A stretch of DNA of 64,000 nucleotides from Candidatus Poribacteria bacterium (GCA_963663765.2 CAXXUA010000004.1:1-64000); one strand, 5' to 3'. Numbered from the stretch's first letter, positions 22,760 to 33,719 are shown. The notes: a model not told the origin generated them from the letters alone. Made by a program: numbers and translations.

Positions 22760-23881
22760 TTAACTTTTCTCAAGCAGAAATAGGAATTCACGGTTCGGTT
22801 TTTCTGCTGCTTTCACCCATTCATGTGTCCATCTCATACCTGCCATAACGTTTCGTTTGTAGTTCATTTCAACAACTGCAAGCAAGTTTCCGTTTTTTTC
22901 CAATACTTCATTTAGTTCTTCCGCAGTTGCGCGTCCACCTGAACTGTAAGACAGGATGATCCAACGCGCTTGTGTCATCTTTACCAACTTCTCTATAGCC
23001 TCAACTGCGATGAAACGTCCGTTTTTGTTATGTCGAAACTCCTCAAATACGGATGCAGCGTGTTGATCAGAAGAATCGACCCGTCGCTTTGCTTTGCCAA
23101 ACAAAACAGGTTTGTCATACAGGATAATGCTTTTCCAGAGATGGTAATAAGCTGCGTATCTCACACGAGATGGCGGCATCTTCTCATTGTTTGAACCGTA
23201 GGGGGGATCGAAATATGCAAGGTCTACAGAAATACGCGAGACAAGATCAAAGATGTCGGTTTGATATACCTCATGGTTGCCATCAGAAGTAAAGACTTCT
23301 GGCACTTCAAGGATGAGTTCTTTATAGGAACGCGGCGACCAGTCTTTGAGGTAAGCGGAAAAATGACCTAAGGTACTGTCCACCTTATCCAGTGCCAAAA
23401 TCAGACTTGTCAATGCCACTGCTTTCTCAACTGTATTTAGTTTTAGGTTCTCTATTTCCTCTCGTATTGCGTCTAATTTACGGGTATTGTGTAGCTGCCA
23501 TGGTTTTTTGAGACCATCTGCTTGGATAGCGTTGCCATCATTTGCAAGTCCACCATAGTGTTCTGTGAACCAACCATCTATCGGTGCTAAAACGTTTAAG
23601 TGGTCAATCAGGGGTTGATATTCAGATTGTGGTTTTGTGTTGAGAAGGTAGCAAGTTCCTAAAACTTCTGACCATGGGGCTATGTCATTGCATATAACGT
23701 TATACCCGAGTTTAGCGAATGATTGTGATACACGGGTTGAACCTGAGAAACCATCTAAAATTGTTTTTGCATCAACTTTTTTGGTGAGTTGGAGGATTTG
23801 TGGTATGAGTTTTAGTTTGGATCCGGCGTATTTTATGCCTTGTGTAGCAGGGATGTTGAGCCATGGAATCTTTTGTTGCAT
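22760..23881 (-). CDS. DNA adenine methyltransferase (D12 class)
   Basis: IKYAGSKLKL, LDGFSGS (motif I), YFDPPY (motif IV), ILSYS. Confidence 0.9.
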   Translation of the reverse strand: MQQKIPWLNIPATQGIKYAGSKLKLIPQILQLTKKVDAKTILDGFSGSTRVSQSFAKLGYNVICNDIAPWSEVLGTCYLLNTKPQSEYQPLIDHLNVLAPIDGWFTEHYGGLANDGNAIQADGLKKPWQLHNTRKLDAIREEIENLKLNTVEKAVALTSLILALDKVDSTLGHFSAYLKDWSPRSYKELILEVPEVFTSDGNHEVYQTDIFDLVSRISVDLAYFDPPYGSNNEKMPPSRVRYAAYYHLWKSIILYDKPVLFGKAKRRVDSSDQHAASVFEEFRHNKNGRFIAVEAIEKLVKMTQARWIILSYSSGGRATAEELNEVLEKNGNLLAVVEMNYKRNVMAGMRWTHEWVKAAEKPNREFLFLLEKS

Positions 23882-23885
23882 GGAT

Positions 23886-24851
23886 TTATGTGGGGTTTTC
23901 AGTCAATAGTTGCGATTGACTGACATCACCATTTCCATCCATTATGTCCTTTTCTGGATCATACAGACGGTATTCATTCTTTTTTATCCAAAAGTATCTA
24001 TCCTCACCTCTAGGATAGCTATGCCGAGAAGGGAAATCAACACAGCAACTTCTTAACCAATATCTTACTCTTTTCTTATCGTAACCAGGAAACATTACGG
24101 AAACGACCTGTTCAATGTCTTTGAGTTTAAACCTGACATTAATATCTCCCTTTGTAAATTCTTGTACTGCTTCCCATACCATTTGATGTGTCAGTTTTTC
24201 ACTCGACTTTCTTTTAGTTTTGATGGTAGCAACATTTTCATCACCAACTAATGTTTCCATACTGACAAGTCTTTCTCCTGCTTCCGTTTGGAAGGTTGAA
24301 ACATCTATACAACGAATGTCCATACTATGTGAAGTTCTGAGGTAACGACAAACACGTGCTACTCTTGCAGGTATATCTCCTGCTACAATATACAACCTTA
24401 AGTTCCGATTTAAAGGCGGTACCTCGTCAACTTCCAGAATCTCAAACACGTCCATGAAAACATCATTAAAAGTATTACCTTGGAATTCATCGCGGGTCTC
24501 AAAGTAAGCTTCGGCTATTTCATGAATTTGTTGCTCTGAGAGTTCATTTGCCCACGCGGCATACTCAAGTAGTTGTGCCACTACATCCCGCGGGGCGCGA
24601 TCCCTTTTCAGTTCGACGATAATGAGATTTCCTTCTGCATCAACACCGAGTAGATCTGGAAAGACAGTCCCTTCTTCATCTCTTGCACTCGGTTGTCTAT
24701 CAATCCAAAGGATGAGTTCGTCTTGAATGAGTGCCCAAGGACTGTTTTCAAGCCAGTCCTCCAGATAACTTTCAAGTTCCAGATCGGTTTCTTGAGCGAT
24801 GATAAGTTCTGCTTTGGATATGTCGTCGCCTTCTAATCTAAAAATAGGCAT
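23886..24851 (-). CDS. NucS/DUF91-like PD-(D/E)XK endonuclease domain protein
   Basis: LESYLEDWLENSP, PDLLGVDAEGNLIIVELKR, VVAQLLEYA; start placed at MPIFRL with RBS GGAG. Confidence 0.75.
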   Translation of the reverse strand: MPIFRLEGDDISKAELIIAQETDLELESYLEDWLENSPWALIQDELILWIDRQPSARDEEGTVFPDLLGVDAEGNLIIVELKRDRAPRDVVAQLLEYAAWANELSEQQIHEIAEAYFETRDEFQGNTFNDVFMDVFEILEVDEVPPLNRNLRLYIVAGDIPARVARVCRYLRTSHSMDIRCIDVSTFQTEAGERLVSMETLVGDENVATIKTKRKSSEKLTHQMVWEAVQEFTKGDINVRFKLKDIEQVVSVMFPGYDKKRVRYWLRSCCVDFPSRHSYPRGEDRYFWIKKNEYRLYDPEKDIMDGNGDVSQSQLLTENPT

Positions 24852-24855
24852 TGGT

Positions 24856-25125
24856 TTACACTTGTATCTCCAATAGGTCTGGAACGTGCTTATCTTCATA
24901 ATTCTCAACAAGGATACTGATGAATTCCATCACTGTTGCTAATAGGTGGTTCTCATTCTCCCCAACCACATCAATCAGGTCATCTAAGATTTTCAAAAGT
25001 TCTTGGTAATCACGTTCTGTCAGTGAGGCAAAGAGATGCATGTCATTTTCTCCGATTGCTTCAATCAGATTTTTCACGACAGTTGTTATGGACAGAGGGA
25101 TAGGCACAGTATTATGGTTAACCAT
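24856..25125 (-). CDS. HigA-like antitoxin N-terminal domain protein lacking the HTH
   Basis: ERDYQELLKILDDLIDVVGENENHLLA...LVENYEDKH resembles the HigA N-terminus. Confidence 0.55.
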   Translation of the reverse strand: MVNHNTVPIPLSITTVVKNLIEAIGENDMHLFASLTERDYQELLKILDDLIDVVGENENHLLATVMEFISILVENYEDKHVPDLLEIQV

Positions 25126-25152
25126 AGTCTTAATGAATTGTCTATTTCAGAT

Positions 25153-26016
25153 TTACCGTACGAAACAGGAAAGGAATTCGTGAGAACGTAATAGTCCTTG
25201 TGCTTCTGCTTCCCATGTTCGCCAATATCGGTAATCTTCTAACTCAACGCTGATAATACCGTCAAATCCTTCGTCTTCAAGCCGTTGGACTACCTTTAGC
25301 CAGTCTACAACGCCATCGCCGGGAATTGTGTAACGCCACCAATCTTCACCAAAACCGCGTGGACTGTGAAAACTCGGTCCCAAATTGCCGTGTAGATATA
25401 GTGCTTCCTCGTCAATAGCGGTATCTTTTCCGTGGACATGTTTAACGTAAGATGCAAATTCATTGAGTGCACGAATAGGGTCAATGCCGATTCTGACAAG
25501 GTGTGACGGGTCATAGTTGAGACCTAAGCCAGGGGATGTACATTCTTCAAACATTGCACGCCACATTTCAGGTGTGCATCCGAGTGCTGGGTATGTCGGC
25601 GCGCCGCCGGGCCAACCCTCTATTGCGATTGTGACGCCTTTGGAATCGGCGAATTCTGCAATGGGTGGTACGGTGTCTTTCCATATATCAAAGTTTTTTG
25701 CGCGTCCGAGGCCTGCATCTTCAGGGACAAAGACACAGAACATGATGTGAACATCGTTATCAGCTGCTGCTTGTATTGCTGCTTTTGCTTTCTCTGCACC
25801 TGATTTTTGTGTAGATTTTTTCGCGCTGAGGAGTTCGGTGGTACCGGGTAAATCTGCTGACCCGATTTCTAAACCAGCATCACGTGCAGTTTTTACAACT
25901 TCAGGGGTTGCTGCACCGATGTCAATTGCTTCAAATCCGTTATCAGCACACCATTTACAGAAATCTGCGAAAGGCATTTGACGTGCTGTGCCGGGTATAC
26001 GTAAACCTATTTTCAT
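25153..26016 (-). CDS. sugar phosphate isomerase/epimerase (TIM barrel)
   Basis: IAIEGWP, GLNYDPSH, HVHGKD, PGDGVVDW, ISVELED. Confidence 0.88.
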   Translation of the reverse strand: MKIGLRIPGTARQMPFADFCKWCADNGFEAIDIGAATPEVVKTARDAGLEIGSADLPGTTELLSAKKSTQKSGAEKAKAAIQAAADNDVHIMFCVFVPEDAGLGRAKNFDIWKDTVPPIAEFADSKGVTIAIEGWPGGAPTYPALGCTPEMWRAMFEECTSPGLGLNYDPSHLVRIGIDPIRALNEFASYVKHVHGKDTAIDEEALYLHGNLGPSFHSPRGFGEDWWRYTIPGDGVVDWLKVVQRLEDEGFDGIISVELEDYRYWRTWEAEAQGLLRSHEFLSCFVR

Positions 26017-26117
26017 ATATATTTTTCCTAATATTTGAACAGAGTAATTTCGTTTTCGCTATAAAATCGTGACCAGGAGGTCGCTCCTATTAATAGAAGG
26101 ATAAATTACAAATTTAA

Positions 26118-27338
26118 TTAATATCCCATAAGACCACAACAGCGGCGGCATACTGGCATCGGTCCGTCGGTGCTAATGGACTGACGGAATTTCACTGCTT
26201 TTTGATTGTTCCACATATCAACGACCTTATCCTCTTTAATATTTCCGATGATGTAGTCGTGGTAATCTCTGCATAGACTGACGTCGCCATTGCTATCAAT
26301 TTCCATAGTCATGAAGATACTGACACATTGGTTGTAACCGAAAGTCTGTTCATGGTCGGTATAGTATGTCTGGATTTCACCTTTTGAGTTTAGTCTTGGC
26401 ATCATAACAGGCGGGCATCGCTTGTGTTTTTCAGAGAGATTTTCCATTTCTTCAAACCTATCTAAAATAGCCCCGTGGTCAAAGTCATGCCATGTGCCAA
26501 TCCACCCATAATGTGTTTGTGGTTTGAATCCGAAGCGTCTCTCAAAGTCTTCTGTGTGTTCTTGGGCAGAATCAGCATCTATCCACCAAGTCAGATAGAA
26601 GATTTGCGCGTCTGCAAACTGGCTGGTGAACTTGTAAAGGTCTACGACAACATCAATGTTATACATTGTCACACAACTAAGTGGAATAATGTAAGGAAAC
26701 GACTGATTTCTGCGTTCTTTCTCAGCACTGAGAGTTTCCAATGCAGCTTTGACATCTTTGAAGTTGTCGTAGTTTTGAGAAACGCCTGGACGTTGCGTAT
26801 TGTGGATTTCTTCATTTGGACCGTCCACGCTTAGATAAATAATTTTACAAGTTTCCAGGATGTCGTCTGCCCATCTTGCTATGTTGGTGGCATTACTAAC
26901 AAGAGAGATAGGCATGCCTTTCTCTTTTATATAGTGCATTAACTCTATGATACCAGGGTAAAGCATAGGTTCACCACCCCAGATGTACCATACAGGTGAC
27001 CATCCTTCATCAACAATTTGGTCAACGAGGTTTTTATAGATTTCCACAGGTACTTCGCGCTGTTTTAGTTCTTTTAGCGATTGTCCGATAAGATACCCGT
27101 TGTCACCCCATTGTCCACAAGAATGGCAACGCAAATTACACATATCCGTAATACGCAGGCTTACTAACTGAATAGCATCACCTTTACCATGCTTTGCACC
27201 AAAAGGGTGTCGTAGATTAAATGATTCCTTTGCGAGTTGATAGCGCATGAATTTTCGCGATGTTCTCCAATCCTCCGACATTGCAGTCGCAAGTTGATTA
27301 ACAAGGAATCTTGATGAGATTCGACTTCTTAGTGCCAT
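26118..27338 (-). CDS. radical SAM protein with SPASM/twitch domain
   Basis: CNLRCHSC, WGGEP, C-terminal CVSIF...GDVSLC...IGN...CRRCC. Confidence 0.9.
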   Translation of the reverse strand: MALRSRISSRFLVNQLATAMSEDWRTSRKFMRYQLAKESFNLRHPFGAKHGKGDAIQLVSLRITDMCNLRCHSCGQWGDNGYLIGQSLKELKQREVPVEIYKNLVDQIVDEGWSPVWYIWGGEPMLYPGIIELMHYIKEKGMPISLVSNATNIARWADDILETCKIIYLSVDGPNEEIHNTQRPGVSQNYDNFKDVKAALETLSAEKERRNQSFPYIIPLSCVTMYNIDVVVDLYKFTSQFADAQIFYLTWWIDADSAQEHTEDFERRFGFKPQTHYGWIGTWHDFDHGAILDRFEEMENLSEKHKRCPPVMMPRLNSKGEIQTYYTDHEQTFGYNQCVSIFMTMEIDSNGDVSLCRDYHDYIIGNIKEDKVVDMWNNQKAVKFRQSISTDGPMPVCRRCCGLMGY

Positions 27339-27420
27339 TAATACTCCTTTTTCTTTCAGTAATATATTAGCTCATTTTCATCAAATGTATTTTGTATTTT
27401 CTGAACTCATTATGTTTTCA

Positions 27421-27834
27421 TTATGTTCCGTCATCAGGTTTCATGAGTGTAAGTGCAGCTGAATTGAGACAGTATCGTTTGCCTGTTGGTTCTGGTCCGT
27501 CATTAAAGACATGTCCGAGGTGTGCGTCACATTGACTACAAACGACTTCTGTTCGTGGCATGAAAAAGATGTTGAAATCTGCTTTTGACTCAATGCTTTC
27601 AGTTGAAATAGGATCCCAAAAACTTGGCCAACCTGTTCCTGAGTCAAATTTCGTGTCAGAGGTAAAAAGTGGATTTCCACAGCAAATGCAATGATAAGTG
27701 CCTTCTTCTTTGCAGTCGTGATATTTACCTGTAAATGCGCGTTCAGTACCTTTTTTTCGAGTTACTTTATACTCTTCAGGCGAAAGCTGTTCCTTCCACT
27801 CTTTTTCTGATTTCTTAATTTTTTCTACACCCAT
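27421..27834 (-). CDS. msrB: peptide methionine (R)-sulfoxide reductase
   Basis: [38 protein letters not shown]; start at MGVEK. Confidence 0.97.
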   Translation of the reverse strand: MGVEKIKKSEKEWKEQLSPEEYKVTRKKGTERAFTGKYHDCKEEGTYHCICCGNPLFTSDTKFDSGTGWPSFWDPISTESIESKADFNIFFMPRTEVVCSQCDAHLGHVFNDGPEPTGKRYCLNSAALTLMKPDDGT

Positions 27835-28004
27835 ATTTTCACTCCCAATTTTCTTGCTTTGTACTATCACATATTTTATCAAAAATTGCAAGGATGTTTA
27901 TATCTACTTATCTACTCATTAACATCAAGCACACATATACAGTCATAAATATACCTACTGAATGTGTGCAATAATGTCATTAGCTGGAATAATATTCCTG
28001 ATTA

Positions 28005-28164
28005 TACCATTTTCATGTGATAATGTCTCATTAGCAGCGGAAATCTGGTAGGAGCGACCTCACGGTCGCGACCGTGAGGTCGCTCCTACCGAAGAGAGTA
28101 ACCCCCTGCCAGTAAACATTAGAATTCCTTAATGAGACAAGATTTATTTGAATTTGAATTGGTA
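28005..28164. mobile_element. MITE family C (TACC...GGTA, TTA TSD) containing a perfect REP palindrome
   Basis: TTA at 28002-28004 and 28165-28167; GGTAGGAGCGACCTCACGGTCGCGACCGTGAGGTCGCTCCTACC at 28047-28090; about 90 bp shared in reverse with 48570-48650. Confidence 0.75.
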
Positions 28165-28168
28165 TTAC

Positions 28169-29395
28169 TTAATTCTTATCCTTTACTCTACCTAAGACCT
28201 TACATGTTGTTGCGGATAGGATTTCATATTGGACCCCACCCCACACGATTTTCCGTTGGAACATTGCATAGAATGCGTTTATCCCTGCTAAAAAGATGGA
28301 AAACGGTGCTGCGTATTTACTGATACGTAGTGTGTCGCGCACTTTCGGTGTATCTTGAAGCCACTGTGGAAGGTTTCGGCAACAGAGTCTATAACTAATC
28401 ACCTCAAAAAATGGGATGAAAACGACTGGTAGGAGTGCTGGTTTAGGACCGAGAAAAGGTAGTACAAACGGAATTGTGCCGATAACCAAAACGGCTTTGG
28501 GTAAAAATAGGATCAAGCTTCCAAACCACTGTGCCCACAACCCCATATGTTTTGTCATGATCATTTGGCGATTTGTGAATTCAAAGATTTGTCCCCAAGT
28601 TCGGTTTGAAGTCTGCGTGACTGCTACACAATCAGGAACGAAATGGATTTTACGTTTTGTATCTCTGACAGCGCGAGTTGTGTTTAGGTCTTCAATCGTT
28701 GCCTGTTCCCATCGTTTTAGTATCTGTCCTTTTTCAAGGAATTCGCGACGGAATGCGTTAGAACCACCCCAGACCATTGTAAGCCAATGATCTCCTTGTA
28801 ATGACATTTGAAAGTTGACCCATGTGGCTTCAATTAGTGATGGAAAGTTCCAAGTTTGAGGGAAATAGAATCGACCCCCAACAGTAGCACCTATTTTATT
28901 ATCCTGAAGTGGTGTAACAAGCAACCTTAACCAATCGTCCCGTATCTTTACATCAGCATCTACAAATGCGATTACTTCTACATCCGTTGGTAAGTTTTCT
29001 ATCACGGTCATAAGGTTCTGTACTTTTTGTGAACGTGGTAGGTTGTTATCAACGATATTCGGTGCTAATAGAACATCTGCATGAGGTAAATTCTTAGCTA
29101 ACGTTTGTAGATGTGGGTAGGATACATCGTGCCCCGTATCTGCTTTTTCGTGTGTGACGAAGTAGACGTGATATTCACCTTCATAATCCTGTTGTAGCAG
29201 ACTTTCAGCATGCTCAACAGTGTCGTCGTCCCAACCGTAGTGGGGTGCAACGATTGCGACTTTTGGTGTATAATTTGGTCTTGCAGTCTTCCGTTCCTTA
29301 CGTGTATAGAAAAAGGATTGCCCAATAAGTAATATCTCAAGGATGAAAAAAAAGTATGTTGTTACAATAATAATGGATGTATTCATGACGTTCAA
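28169..29395 (-). CDS. GT2/GT21 glycosyltransferase (ceramide glucosyltransferase/HpnI-like)
   Basis: N-terminal TM, SQKVQNL, FVDAD, WGGS, IEDL, NRQ, C-terminal IVWGGVQY. Confidence 0.8.
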   Translation of the reverse strand: MNVMNTSIIIVTTYFFFILEILLIGQSFFYTRKERKTARPNYTPKVAIVAPHYGWDDDTVEHAESLLQQDYEGEYHVYFVTHEKADTGHDVSYPHLQTLAKNLPHADVLLAPNIVDNNLPRSQKVQNLMTVIENLPTDVEVIAFVDADVKIRDDWLRLLVTPLQDNKIGATVGGRFYFPQTWNFPSLIEATWVNFQMSLQGDHWLTMVWGGSNAFRREFLEKGQILKRWEQATIEDLNTTRAVRDTKRKIHFVPDCVAVTQTSNRTWGQIFEFTNRQMIMTKHMGLWAQWFGSLILFLPKAVLVIGTIPFVLPFLGPKPALLPVVFIPFFEVISYRLCCRNLPQWLQDTPKVRDTLRISKYAAPFSIFLAGINAFYAMFQRKIVWGGVQYEILSATTCKVLGRVKDKN

Positions 29396-29498
29396 TGTAA
29401 AACCGAAATAATGACTTGGAGATATATTGAAATATCATTAGTCGTTGGCTTTTCTTTCCTCCTGTTAATTTGAAGTGCAGATATTATAATGTATCCTT

Positions 29499-31328
29499 TT
29501 ATTCTAAATCTGTAACCCGTAGCCATTCAAGTTTTGTCTTCAGTTTTGGTATATGCTCTTCATTTATCAAGAATATCCAATCAGGTTGATTCTTCAGTCT
29601 TGCATAATAGTTGCTTGAAGACTCTATATTTCCAATTTGTAAAGTGTAGACCTTCTTTGTACGTAATTCAACATTTATTTGTATCTGAGGTGAATTGAAT
29701 CCCATTGTTGTGTCAGGGGGAACACTATAACTGTTCTCAAAGCTACTACCAACAAATTCATCTGCTCTTAAATCAATCAGTCCATATAGAACTTTATTCA
29801 CTTCTACATTGTTTGCATCTTCTTTTATTGGAGTAGTCAATCGCCAATTATTTGCAAGACGTTGACATGTTAGATTTACATCTTCATTTGTGGTATCACT
29901 ATATTTTACAGTAACTCGAATGGGTTCATCAATACTAAAATTAAATATCTGTTTATTTCTTAACCAAGATTCACCTTTTGCAATGTTATCAATGAGTTGT
30001 CGCTTAACCTGCGAAACCTGATCCGAAGTGTTTGATTTGACATAGACCGTATCGTCTTCTGTAAAGTTTCCTATCAGTAGTTCAGCGGGTTGTTCAACGT
30101 CTTGTATAGTGAATTTGACTCGTAATGTAGGAAGATCTAAACCAAACTGATCCAGTTTCTTATCAGAATTGGTTATAAATTTAACTGCTTCCAACGAGTC
30201 TACACCAAAAAGCAGATCGCTTACAACTTGAGAATCTGCGAGAGTTTTTACCTTACCTTGAAGTTCCCATACATCATCCAGTTTTATACCAACTACTTTT
30301 TGAGTGCCTTTTTGTATTTCAAATTGAACCGTATCCCCACGTTGAAAATCTAACACTCTTTTATCTCGCAAGTCAAATACGGTTTTATTTAGAAGTCGGA
30401 CGATTTTCTCTGTAACGGTATATATCCCATCTTGATGTATTGCATGGACATATACGTATTGCTTGTCAGCACTTTCAGTATCTGTAGTAGTTTGGACATC
30501 AGCCCCTATTGCAAGTTTATATGTTGAGTTGCTATCGTTAAGAGAAAGTTCAATTCGTGGTTCATCCAATCCGTATTTTTGTAGTAGTGTTGTAACATTT
30601 TCACCGTCTGCTTCAAAGGTAGTTACCTTATATGACTGCAATTCTGAAAGGAGGTAACTAATTTCATTTGAATCAGCATTAACAGATAGGGGATGTATCA
30701 TTTTCCATCTGTCTCCATCTTTCTTACAAGTCAACTTCTCAGGTTTCTGATACTGTAATTCTACGATAGAATTTGGATTGAATTTAATCACCGATTTGTC
30801 ACGAATATCTGCAGGTGCTATTGTTAATTGATCAAGTATACTGGATTCAATCAAGAAAATATGTGCTTCTGACTGCTCTTTGATATAAACAGAATAGTTT
30901 ACTCCCTTTTTACCAATAAGGAAGGTTGTTGATGTATCTTTAGGGTTTTTCCATAATTCTACTTTTATTGTGGGTTGTTCCAATCCGTATTGTTTATATT
31001 CTGAAACTTCAAGGTTCTGTTTAATTTTCTTGTTGAGCAAATCATCTAACAACAACAATATTTTCTCAGTGTTTGCGTGCGCTATGAAGGGTTTAGTTAT
31101 TTGCCATGTGTTGACCGGTTTCCTCTGTAATTCTAATCTCTGATATGCATTATCGGAATACACGATTTTTACTTGATTGATGTTATCATGTGACAAGTTG
31201 TAAGTATCAGAAATAGTTTTATTACTGTCCTGCGATATGTTCTTAGCGGGTTCATTAAAAAAGATATAATACGTTGTTGCAATACCCACTAGAAGTATAA
31301 ATATGATGAGTGTTGATCGGAAACTCAT
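29499..31328 (-). CDS. DUF4340-domain protein
   Basis: N-terminal anchor; repeated W....P...A / YGL..P / L.IG / DLRDK modules; follows a GldG-like gene. Confidence 0.8.
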   Translation of the reverse strand: MSFRSTLIIFILLVGIATTYYIFFNEPAKNISQDSNKTISDTYNLSHDNINQVKIVYSDNAYQRLELQRKPVNTWQITKPFIAHANTEKILLLLDDLLNKKIKQNLEVSEYKQYGLEQPTIKVELWKNPKDTSTTFLIGKKGVNYSVYIKEQSEAHIFLIESSILDQLTIAPADIRDKSVIKFNPNSIVELQYQKPEKLTCKKDGDRWKMIHPLSVNADSNEISYLLSELQSYKVTTFEADGENVTTLLQKYGLDEPRIELSLNDSNSTYKLAIGADVQTTTDTESADKQYVYVHAIHQDGIYTVTEKIVRLLNKTVFDLRDKRVLDFQRGDTVQFEIQKGTQKVVGIKLDDVWELQGKVKTLADSQVVSDLLFGVDSLEAVKFITNSDKKLDQFGLDLPTLRVKFTIQDVEQPAELLIGNFTEDDTVYVKSNTSDQVSQVKRQLIDNIAKGESWLRNKQIFNFSIDEPIRVTVKYSDTTNEDVNLTCQRLANNWRLTTPIKEDANNVEVNKVLYGLIDLRADEFVGSSFENSYSVPPDTTMGFNSPQIQINVELRTKKVYTLQIGNIESSSNYYARLKNQPDWIFLINEEHIPKLKTKLEWLRVTDLE

Positions 31329-32947
31329 GCAGTCTCTCCTTCACGTCTCCGCCACCACACAACCATTCCTGTGATAAAGACGATTAGTGGTATAAGAAAC
31401 ACAGATGTCAACTGAACAAGTCGTACTTGATGAACATTCATCTTGCGCAAGACTTCATTACTTAAATCAGGTGGAACAATTGTGATTAGGTCTTCATCTA
31501 ATGTAAGCCAATTGAGAATGGAAGGAAAAAGGGGTTTATACACGGGTATATCTGGCAATTCAGGATTATTTGTTGCAAAGTAGGTATCCGTGGCAAAATC
31601 TGAATCACCAAAGACAACTATCCTTGTAGGTGTTATGGTTTTTCTGTTATCAGTGTTAACTTTCGTATTTTCTTCAACTGCTACAGCGATAGATACAGGA
31701 CCTGGAATGTCAACACCGTTTGTATATCCGTTGGAACTGAACTTTCCATCTGCTTCTCGTGTTGTTTCTGCCCAACTGATCCCCTTAGGACTCTTGGTTT
31801 TTGCTATGGACTTTACGGTAAGGTTATTTGGTATATCCGATAACGGCATTACAGACCTACAGAAAACGTATGGAATCTGTTCTTGAAAAAAATAGCGAGT
31901 AATCTCATGTGGTTCAAACTGTAAATCCAATGCAGCAAAACCTCCTAACCATGCAAAAAAATGCTGTTGATCTATAACCAAATCATTCCCAATTTGAATA
32001 CCCCATTTTTTCATGAGTTGAACAAGTCCGAGATTTACATCTTGTGTTGAATTTCGCGATGGGTCCAGCAGCAAAAGTAGTTTTCCACTTTTTGCTAAAT
32101 ACTCTTCAATGATTTCAATACCTTGTACGTTTATAGGTTTAGTTGGACCTGCTATAACAAGAACGTCACAGTCTTTTGGAATACGTGGTTCCTTCAACAG
32201 TGAGTGTGATAGTACTTCATAGTTTTGTTTTTCTAACTCTATGCGAACCTGACGGTATCTGTAATTTGTTGTATCATCAATACCGTGTTCCCCATGCCCA
32301 CTTAGAAAATATACCCTTTTTGTTCTATTTTGAATCGTTCTTAATATGGCACTTGTAAATTTCTGTTCATCAACAATGGTTATTTTCTCTACACGATCCT
32401 TACTCTCAAAGACAATAGTTCCATCATACTCAATCCCATATTTTCCAATAAGCGCGGGGTCTACATTTGGATTTTTGATTGAGAGGGTAATCTCTTTTGA
32501 TTCACGTGAGTACAATTCTAAAATGTCCTTAGCGTGTAGTGCCAATAATGAATTATCATCTGTAAAAAACGCTATAATACTTACTTTCTTATCAAGCTTT
32601 TTGAGTATCTGTTTTGTTTGTTCAGAAAGTGAATACCGTTTCAAATCAGTTAAATCTGCTCTCTTGTCAAACCTTTGCATAACGATGACATTGACAAAAA
32701 CTGCAATTCCGATCACTCCCACTATGCTTAGTGCAACATTTGCACCGTATCGTAGTTGTCTACTTTTAGAAAAGTTGACAATTTCACTAAAACGCAAACT
32801 GATAAAAGTAATAAGTGTTGATATTAATAGGACAAAAAATATCCAAAACGCTGTCCATGCTATTAGAAATAAACATGCAACAGAGATAAAGCTGAATATT
32901 AAGGTAAGAAAACCAAAAAGTGGTGCAATTGCGTTTTTCTTTTTCAT
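31325..32947 (-). CDS. GldG-family ABC-associated auxiliary protein
   Basis: DLTDLKRYSLSEQT, VYFLSGHGE, LVIAGP, RIVVFGDSDF, C-terminal TM and WWRRR. Confidence 0.85.
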   Translation of the reverse strand: MKKKNAIAPLFGFLTLIFSFISVACLFLIAWTAFWIFFVLLISTLITFISLRFSEIVNFSKSRQLRYGANVALSIVGVIGIAVFVNVIVMQRFDKRADLTDLKRYSLSEQTKQILKKLDKKVSIIAFFTDDNSLLALHAKDILELYSRESKEITLSIKNPNVDPALIGKYGIEYDGTIVFESKDRVEKITIVDEQKFTSAILRTIQNRTKRVYFLSGHGEHGIDDTTNYRYRQVRIELEKQNYEVLSHSLLKEPRIPKDCDVLVIAGPTKPINVQGIEIIEEYLAKSGKLLLLLDPSRNSTQDVNLGLVQLMKKWGIQIGNDLVIDQQHFFAWLGGFAALDLQFEPHEITRYFFQEQIPYVFCRSVMPLSDIPNNLTVKSIAKTKSPKGISWAETTREADGKFSSNGYTNGVDIPGPVSIAVAVEENTKVNTDNRKTITPTRIVVFGDSDFATDTYFATNNPELPDIPVYKPLFPSILNWLTLDEDLITIVPPDLSNEVLRKMNVHQVRLVQLTSVFLIPLIVFITGMVVWWRRREGETA

Positions 32948-32950
32948 ACC

Positions 32951-33676
32951 TTATCTCCATTTTGAGGACTCAATTGATTTTAGCGATGCAAATAGACATA
33001 CACAAGTAAAACTGACGTAATAGATAACATCCTTTAGGTTGATGACTCCACGGGAAAAATCACTATAGTGTTCTTGAAATGATAGGTAACCCAAGTATTT
33101 ACCGATTGTTCCTGATCGGGAAGATAATGCCCCGATTAACCAAAGAATTAGGAAGAAACCAAAACTTGTAAGAGCAGCGACAATCTGATTCTTACTCATT
33201 GAAGACATCAATATACCAAAAGAAAGAAAGCATGAACTGATGAGGATAAGTCCAAAATAACCGCTTATTAATATACCGGTATCTAAATGTCCAAAACGTT
33301 GTGTGAGAAATGGAAACAGGAGCGTTAACCCAAGCATGATAAGGACAAGAATCCAACTTGATAAGAATTTTCCGAGGACTACTTGCATATCAGTAATCGG
33401 GGAGGTGAGTAGGAGTTCAATGGTACCAGATTTGCGTTCTTCTGCGAATAGTTTCATCGTCAACACTGGTGTAAAAAAGAGTAGAATGATAGCGATATTT
33501 CCAAAGAGTGTTTGCATTACACCAGCCCCGATACCGTCATTTATACTGGCATATATTAGGGCAAGAGAAAAAAGAAAACCCGTTATCGATGAGAAAACAA
33601 TACATACAAAATATGCAATTGGAGTAACAAAATATGTATAGAGTTCTTTAGTGCAAACTGCAAGTATATTTCTCAT
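32951..33676 (-). CDS. ABC-2 permease (GldF-like)
   Basis: KELYTYFVTPIAY, TMKLFAEERKSGTIELLLTSP, VLGKF; start at MRNILA. Confidence 0.9.
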   Translation of the reverse strand: MRNILAVCTKELYTYFVTPIAYFVCIVFSSITGFLFSLALIYASINDGIGAGVMQTLFGNIAIILLFFTPVLTMKLFAEERKSGTIELLLTSPITDMQVVLGKFLSSWILVLIMLGLTLLFPFLTQRFGHLDTGILISGYFGLILISSCFLSFGILMSSMSKNQIVAALTSFGFFLILWLIGALSSRSGTIGKYLGYLSFQEHYSDFSRGVINLKDVIYYVSFTCVCLFASLKSIESSKWR

Positions 33677-33719
33677 TTTTTGATTGTGTGTGAGGATAAA
33701 TGTTTGATTGTAGATTAGG

